DNA of 64,000 nt from Polyangiaceae bacterium (GTDB lineage Bacteria > Myxococcota_A > Polyangia > Polyangiales > Polyangiaceae). Below, one piece after another: positions 58,348 to 64,000 of this stretch. Position 1 is the stretch's first letter. Every line of letters starts with the position of its first letter. Where the stretch lies: the NCBI GenBank assembly GCA_044376115.1, contig JBILLK010000007.1, forward strand, positions 192,001 to 256,000, given 5' to 3'. The notes beneath the pieces are model-generated. The model saw nothing but the letters and a program-made list of their open reading frames with translations. It had not been told where the DNA came from and ran no database searches. A program made the translations under genes and the position numbers.

Positions 58348-59538
58348 TCAGGGCGCTTCCGGCGCGGCGGGCTTGCACTGCGCGAGGTCGCTGGTGCGCA
58401 CGAAGAACTGGCCCCCTCGCGGGGAGAGACGCTTGGAACGCAGCTGTACGCCGGTGAGTGCTCCTCCGTAGGCGGTCAGATCGAAGGGTGTGTGTGCGTC
58501 CAGGCTTCCGATCACCCGGCTCAACGGCCCGACGGTCATTATCACCGGTAACTGCTCGGGGCAGACCCGACTCTCGAGTACCGGGAGCGCGCCAAAGCCC
58601 CTCCGGCTGCTGGCTCGCCCCAAACCGCCGACCCCGCCTTTGCTCAGCGAGAGGCTGTCGCTGAGCACCCAGCCGACGACGTCCCCGCTCGGAAAGGCCA
58701 CCGCCACGCGAGCCCAGGCTCCGAGACTGTCCAGGCGGTTCACCATATGAGGTTGTTCGCTGCGGTCGATCTTCACCGCTGGTTTGCCTTCCGGTGCGCT
58801 GAACAGCACGAGCGGAGCGGTGAGCATGCCCAACGTCGCGACCTTTTGCGTGCTGGCGCCCTGCAGACGATCGAAGCGACTCGTCGAGAGCGAAAGGCCG
58901 CTGCAGCCGACCTCGCTTTGAGCTGGCTGCATGAAGCGAACGCCTTCGGGGGCCTCCGCCGAGACCGTGGGCTGCCCCTTCTTGGCCTCGCGCCAACGGA
59001 GCGGCGTCGTCCCGTCCGGGATGAACACCCCGCCAAGCAGGAGCGGCTGTGAGGCAAAGAGTTGCACCGCCTCGAGCTTGAGATGACCGCGCAAGGTGAT
59101 GCCAGCGTCGCTGAACTCACCCGTGATCACCGCCTTTTCAGCGAGGCCCTCGCTGAGCGCGACCCGAGCGTTCCAGCCAGCCGCCAACTCGAAGGCCGGC
59201 TCACCGTTGGGGCTGAGCGCCGCCAGCACGCTGCCTTCGAGTGGCCACGACGGCGAAGCGAGCTCACAGGCCGACTCCTTCGGCCACTCGAGCGCTGGAG
59301 GTAGCGGCGCCGATTCTGCGATCTGCGGCGCTGCTGGGCTCGAGCTCGCCGCGAGGGGCGTAGCGGAGCTCGAGGCCGAGCTCGACCCCGCAGCTGACGA
59401 CGAACTCGCGGCGCTGGACGCACCGCCGCTCGACGAGTTCAGGTCGCCGCTTGGTGCTCCAGCCCCAGCGCAGCTCGCAACTCCGATCAAGGCCCAGGCC
59501 CAGCGCACGACGCCTCGGGGCCGAACGCGCGTACTCAC
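58348..59538 (-). CDS. Hypothetical lipoprotein
   Basis: GTG overlaps the upstream stop (GTGA); WALIGVASC lipobox. Confidence 0.72.
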   Translation of the reverse strand: MSTRVRPRGVVRWAWALIGVASCAGAGAPSGDLNSSSGGASSAASSSSAAGSSSASSSATPLAASSSPAAPQIAESAPLPPALEWPKESACELASPSWPLEGSVLAALSPNGEPAFELAAGWNARVALSEGLAEKAVITGEFSDAGITLRGHLKLEAVQLFASQPLLLGGVFIPDGTTPLRWREAKKGQPTVSAEAPEGVRFMQPAQSEVGCSGLSLSTSRFDRLQGASTQKVATLGMLTAPLVLFSAPEGKPAVKIDRSEQPHMVNRLDSLGAWARVAVAFPSGDVVGWVLSDSLSLSKGGVGGLGRASSRRGFGALPVLESRVCPEQLPVIMTVGPLSRVIGSLDAHTPFDLTAYGGALTGVQLRSKRLSPRGGQFFVRTSDLAQCKPAAPEAP

Positions 59539-61058
59539 GGCTTGGCGACGGGCTGGGCACAAAGCATGGCGGTGCGCAGCTTTGGATCGGCCTTGGTCAA
59601 GGCCTCGTCCAGCTGGTGCAAAAGCTCCCACTCTGTGCCTTGCACGCCAAAGAACTCCCAGCCACCCTCGCGCGTGGTGCGCAACATGCTGCGATCGAAC
59701 TTCTTGTTCTTCGCGAGCATGGCCTCGAGCTTGGCGTAGTTCTTGGGCGCTTGCTCGACCGGCCCTCCTGCCAGCACGAGGAAGTGGTTCGTGCAGCGGG
59801 CGTCCATGGCTGAGGTGCGCATCGGCTCGAGGTCCGGCGAGCCGCCGCGGAGCACACTGCGTTTGCGTTCGGCGACCAAGGTCGCCGCATCGTACTTCAT
59901 GGCCTTTGCCGGCTTCTTGCTCGAGAGCAAGCGCTCCCCCTGGCTCGCCCACAAGGTGCCTGATTCATCGACCAGCAGGTTGGAAACCTGCGAGCCTTCA
60001 GGCCCCAGCAAAGGCTGCCACGGCTTGTCCGGGGCCGTGCGAAAGACGCTCTTGTCCTGTTCGAGTCGCAGCTGGGTACCGTTCTTGAGCGTCATGATTC
60101 CTGCCGCGTCCTTCGTTCCGGTGGCGACCCAGCGCTGCGCCGTATCGAGCTTGTACTCGGTGCCACCGACGGTGAGGCGGGCGTTGCCCAAGGAGCTCTC
60201 CCCAGAGATCTCGATGGCGGTTTCTTCGGTCAACGTGACCTCGGTCGTGAAGTAACTCGGCTCGCTGACCTCGGTTGGAAACACCAACGTGCCGAGGCCT
60301 CCGCCTTTGAGCCGGCCGACCACGATCGCGAAGCCGCGCTCGGAGACGAGGCTAACTTCGGTGCGGAAGCCCGCAGCAATCAGCTCTTTTTCGCGCGCTG
60401 GCGGAATCACCGGCACCGTCTTCTTGTCCCCTTTGAGGACGCGGAAGGAGGGCAGGGAAGGCAACTCCGGGTCGCTCCACAAGAGCTGCCTGTTCTCGGT
60501 GCGCAGCTCCACCCAGCGGTTGCCGGGCCAGCGGTCGATGCGCGCGCCAATCCCGCTCGCAGGTGGGACCGCTTCGACTTCCCAGCCGAGCGCGCCCGCC
60601 AGCCCGAAGTAGCGATCTTCGGCTCCCCCGCGAAAGCCCGAGACCACGTGCAGCTTCAGGTCCGGCCGTTGGCCCCAAAGCTCGACGAAGCCGGCACCTG
60701 TCGTATCGGCGTAGGAGATCTCCGGGGTCTCGTTGGCGAAGTCGGGCAGACCGTCCACCAGCGGTACATAACGAAAGGACCCCACCGCGCCGCCCCCCGG
60801 GTCCACGCCGACCCGCAGCCAAACCCCGTCCACCACCTTCTCGAGGTCCAAGAGCTCGGGCACCTCGGCGACGAGGTGCATCTCGAGGCCTGCTTCGGCT
60901 GCGGGTGTTGCGGAGGGTGCAGCTTGCGCCGAGGCGGTCGCGCTCACCAGGGTGGCGCTGCTCGTCGTTACCGGCGCTCCGGTATCGCTAGAAGGAGCGC
61001 CAGCACAGGCACAAAGGAGCGCGCTTTGCGCGATGAGCCAAAGAGGTCGAGTTCGCAT
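59535..61058 (-). CDS. Hypothetical lipoprotein
   Basis: MRTRPLWLIAQSALLCAC. Confidence 0.75.
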   Translation of the reverse strand: MRTRPLWLIAQSALLCACAGAPSSDTGAPVTTSSATLVSATASAQAAPSATPAAEAGLEMHLVAEVPELLDLEKVVDGVWLRVGVDPGGGAVGSFRYVPLVDGLPDFANETPEISYADTTGAGFVELWGQRPDLKLHVVSGFRGGAEDRYFGLAGALGWEVEAVPPASGIGARIDRWPGNRWVELRTENRQLLWSDPELPSLPSFRVLKGDKKTVPVIPPAREKELIAAGFRTEVSLVSERGFAIVVGRLKGGGLGTLVFPTEVSEPSYFTTEVTLTEETAIEISGESSLGNARLTVGGTEYKLDTAQRWVATGTKDAAGIMTLKNGTQLRLEQDKSVFRTAPDKPWQPLLGPEGSQVSNLLVDESGTLWASQGERLLSSKKPAKAMKYDAATLVAERKRSVLRGGSPDLEPMRTSAMDARCTNHFLVLAGGPVEQAPKNYAKLEAMLAKNKKFDRSMLRTTREGGWEFFGVQGTEWELLHQLDEALTKADPKLRTAMLCAQPVAKP

Positions 61059-61140
61059 GGCGGCAAGAAGTATCAGGCCGCCGAGTCGACTCCAAGTGCA
61101 CCGCGGTATCACCGCGCGAGCTCAATCGCTGGTTTTGGGG

Positions 61141-61443
61141 TTATTGCGGCAGCTCGTTCGGCAAACAAACGATGCGCTGCTCAGCCGACTCAGCCGGCGG
61201 CTTGACGCACTTGCCTTGGAGCTTCTTTTCGTTTTCGCCCTCCTTCATCGTGGCCTCGCAAGCGTCTCCCTCGGCTTTGCCTTCGCAGGCTCCGATGAAG
61301 ATCTTGGCCATCTCATCGGCCTCTTGGTTGCCGCTACTAGCCGGCGGCTCTTCCTTGGGGGCGGCGGGTTCTGCGCCACCACCACCGCACGCCATGAGAG
61401 CCAACATCGAAAGAACCGAACCCAAACGAAGGATGGAAATCAT
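61141..61443 (-). CDS. Small Cys-containing lipoprotein
   Basis: LALMAC lipobox; ACEGKAEGDAC..GKC..VCLP. Confidence 0.75.
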   Translation of the reverse strand: MISILRLGSVLSMLALMACGGGGAEPAAPKEEPPASSGNQEADEMAKIFIGACEGKAEGDACEATMKEGENEKKLQGKCVKPPAESAEQRIVCLPNELPQ

Positions 61444-61539
61444 CGCGCAAGGGTCCAATCAACCCCCAGCGCGGGCCAAGCTTTCGGCGTTGCCCTCTTC
61501 CTCTTGAGCGCGGGTGCGCAAAGGGTTAGGCACAGGCCC

Positions 61540-62730
61540 ATGCGCTCTTCGGCTTTGCTTTGCGTGGCTTTCGCGTTGCTTGCTCTCGGCCCGGCTTGCG
61601 GCGAAGAAACGCCTGAAGAAACGGTGACCGACACGACGCCGGAGCCCGAGCCGGAACCGGAGCCTACGGCGCCCAAACTCGGCCTCAACGACGTCTCGGT
61701 ACTGGTGCCGGTGCCGGCCTCCCCCGACACGCCGGGCTACCTTACGCCGCTGAGCGCCGGTGCCAAAGGCGAGCTCCTGCCCAAGGCCGTCTACGACGAG
61801 ATCCCCGAGTTCCCCGTCACCCCGTCGCAGGGCCTCAACTACGATCGCATGCGCGTCATCGGGCTCCGCTTCGATGGTTGCAACCTCAAGCCCACCGGCT
61901 GTGAAGCGCAGCTGCGGCTGGTGATGCAGCCGGTCACCACCGGCGGCAAAACGCGCGACTCGGCGCTGCATCTTTTCTACTCGCTGACCGACGAAGAGCT
62001 CGCGGAGCTCGTGCCCGAGCTGCGGCGTTTGCGCGGGCTCGCACCGGAGCTCGCCGACGCTCCGCTCGACGTGCACGCCGGGCTCGTCGCCCAAGGCATG
62101 CAAGGCGCCTACGGAACTGCGCTCAGCGAGCTGGTTCTCAGCCTTGCAGGCGAGCAGAACCTCACGCGCATGACCTTCTTTTTACGCGCTCCGCCGAGCA
62201 ACGAGGTGTGGTTCTTCGGCGGCTTCGAGCGCGAAAGCGGCGAGCTCACGATGATGGATATCGAGGGCGTCGGCATGGGCAATCAGCAGGTGTTGCGCAC
62301 CGAGATCGACGCTGGCTATGACTTCACCGTCAATCCCACCACGTCGGTGCCCAAGACCGAGCGCACGCTGCTCACCAGCGCTGCCGCAGCCGCTGCCACC
62401 GAGGAGGAGCGCAGCGCAGCCTTCGCGGCCTTCTTACAGGTGCAAAATCCACGCAAATTCTCGGCTGATGAGCTCAGCTGTGCCGGCTGTCACTTGGGTA
62501 CGTTTGTACTTGAGCAGACCAGCGCTGCGCACGGGCTGTCGGCGAGTGATTTCCCAGAGGACGCCTTCAGCTCGAGCTGGGATCTCTCGGTGCGTGGCGG
62601 CGCACCACAGAAGGCCTCCTCGCTACGCGCCTTCGGCTATTTCGATGCCGAGCCGATGATCGCGCAGCGGGTGGTGAACGAGAGCGCCGAAGTCGTCGAC
62701 GACCTCGAAAAGCGTTTTCCCGCCAAGTAA
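61540..62730 (+). CDS. Lipoprotein with a single CxxCH heme-binding motif
   Basis: LALGPAC; LNDVSVLVP; RFDGC..QLRLVMQP; SCAGCH. Confidence 0.78.
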   Translation: MRSSALLCVAFALLALGPACGEETPEETVTDTTPEPEPEPEPTAPKLGLNDVSVLVPVPASPDTPGYLTPLSAGAKGELLPKAVYDEIPEFPVTPSQGLNYDRMRVIGLRFDGCNLKPTGCEAQLRLVMQPVTTGGKTRDSALHLFYSLTDEELAELVPELRRLRGLAPELADAPLDVHAGLVAQGMQGAYGTALSELVLSLAGEQNLTRMTFFLRAPPSNEVWFFGGFERESGELTMMDIEGVGMGNQQVLRTEIDAGYDFTVNPTTSVPKTERTLLTSAAAAAATEEERSAAFAAFLQVQNPRKFSADELSCAGCHLGTFVLEQTSAAHGLSASDFPEDAFSSSWDLSVRGGAPQKASSLRAFGYFDAEPMIAQRVVNESAEVVDDLEKRFPAK

Positions 62731-62782
62731 CCGCAGCGAACAGGCGCGTTCGAAGACCGGCCCGCGCTAGCATGCCGTCACC

Positions 62783-64000
62783 ATGAACACCGTGCGCGAC
62801 CTCAAGCGAATGCCCGACGTCGGCTTGCTTGGCAGCTTCGGCCCGTCCACGCCCGAGCGCCTGCAATTCCAACGTGAGCTGTCCAAGCTCGACGTACCGC
62901 TCGCGCGAGGTCGCATTCTTCACCTCTCGGTGGTGTTTCCGGCCAGCCCCGAGGCAGCCCACGAGGTGCTCGTCACCAAGGCCAAGAGCTTCGAGAAGTC
63001 GCCGGGAATTCGCGTGCTGCTCTACTTGCTCGCCGGCCAGGGCCTGTTCACCAGCGAGGGCGGTCTTTGGAAGCGGCAGCGCAAGCTGATGTCGCCGATC
63101 TTCCAGCCCGCTCCGATGCACCAATACGCAGAGACGATGCGGCTCGTAGCTGAGCGGGCTGCCGACGCGATGCACGCGGGCCAGCCGATCGATATTGCGC
63201 ACGAAACCACCCGCATCGCGATGAGCGTGGTCGGCAAGGCGCTCTTCGACGTGGATACCTTCGACGAAGCGGACGCGCTCGGTGGCGCGCTGACGACCTG
63301 TCTTTCGTGGGTGAATCGCAACCTCGCCAATCCAGCGCTGGTGGCGCACGTACTGATGCTCGACGCGACCGAAGCGCTGGCTGCAAAAACCAGCGGCGGG
63401 CTTTCGGCTTTCTTCAAACGCGCCCACGACAAAGTGGTGGAGCCCTTTCTGCTGCCCGGCGTGAACGACTACGAGCTGCGCTCGGCGGCGCAGCTGCTCG
63501 ATGAACGCATCCAGTCGATGATCGATGATCGCCGTAAAGCCGGATTTCAGCGCAAGGACCTGCTCACGCGGCTGCTGCTCGCCGAGGATCCTGAGCTGGG
63601 CGGTCGCATGAGCGACAAGCAGGTCCGGGACGAGGCCATCACCATCTTCGTCGCTGGTCATGAGACCACCGCCACCGCGCTCGCTTGGTCGTTCTATTTA
63701 TTGGCCCGCCACCCCGAGCATTTTGCGCGCGCGCAAGCCGAGGCCGACGCCTTCGGTGACGGGCCGATCGAGGAGTGGCAGCCGGAGAAGCTCGCCTTCC
63801 TCACCCGCGTCTTTCGCGAGACGATGCGGCTTTTCCCGCCGATCATGATGATGCCGCGGCGAACGTTGGAGGAGGTCGAGATCGCCGGCACCACGCTGCC
63901 GCCGCGCACCCTCGTGTTCGTCAGCGCCTATGCGCAACACTTCCGCGCGGACACCTACCCGAACCCCGACGCCTTCGACCCGGACCGCTGGCTACCGGAG
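62783..64000 (+). CDS. Cytochrome P450 (partial, runs off the window)
   Basis: Not in the ORF track. Manual translation: GQGLFTSEGGLWKRQRKLMSPIF, I-helix FVAGHETTA, ETMRLFPP (ExxR), FDPDRW. Confidence 0.95.
   Translation, partial: MNTVRDLKRMPDVGLLGSFGPSTPERLQFQRELSKLDVPLARGRILHLSVVFPASPEAAHEVLVTKAKSFEKSPGIRVLLYLLAGQGLFTSEGGLWKRQRKLMSPIFQPAPMHQYAETMRLVAERAADAMHAGQPIDIAHETTRIAMSVVGKALFDVDTFDEADALGGALTTCLSWVNRNLANPALVAHVLMLDATEALAAKTSGGLSAFFKRAHDKVVEPFLLPGVNDYELRSAAQLLDERIQSMIDDRRKAGFQRKDLLTRLLLAEDPELGGRMSDKQVRDEAITIFVAGHETTATALAWSFYLLARHPEHFARAQAEADAFGDGPIEEWQPEKLAFLTRVFRETMRLFPPIMMMPRRTLEEVEIAGTTLPPRTLVFVSAYAQHFRADTYPNPDAFDPDRWLPE

Noticed and set aside
62772..62786. Four-codon uORF (MPSP*) overlapping the P450 start
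   Set aside because: Too short to distinguish from chance; its ATG is part of a TAGCAT -10-like hexamer.

Overview
GC-rich (roughly two-thirds G+C by eye) bacterial chromosomal window, most likely Myxococcota (Polyangiales-like). That call is inferred from an AgmX/PglI-type domain, a very high density of lipoproteins and sigma54-type promoters. It holds about 55 genes; I saw no rRNA, tRNA, CRISPR array, integrase or transposase. Two real genes are absent from the ORF track because they run off the window edges: a WD40+HEAT giant (<1-3775, minus) and a cytochrome P450 (62783->64000, plus). Best candidates for novel systems: (1) a translationally coupled five-gene operon (17590-23792) with a ketosynthase fused to a Cys-less KS (CLF-like), an ACP fused to a GcvT-like folate-binding domain and three exported proteins; (2) a coupled WGR / alpha-solenoid / WD40-HEAT operon (<1-7610) that resembles the accessory module of myxobacterial type XIII retrons and carries an OB-fold-like insert and a ~100-aa acidic tract; (3) a CX5R phosphatase fused to a putative macro/PARG-like domain. 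Also present: a katG-furA pair with a mycobacterial-like FurA box, a repeated TAnnnT-N6/7-start signature of leaderless transcription, several chimeric pseudogenes and a decayed segmental duplication. All family calls come from motif recognition by eye, not database searches.
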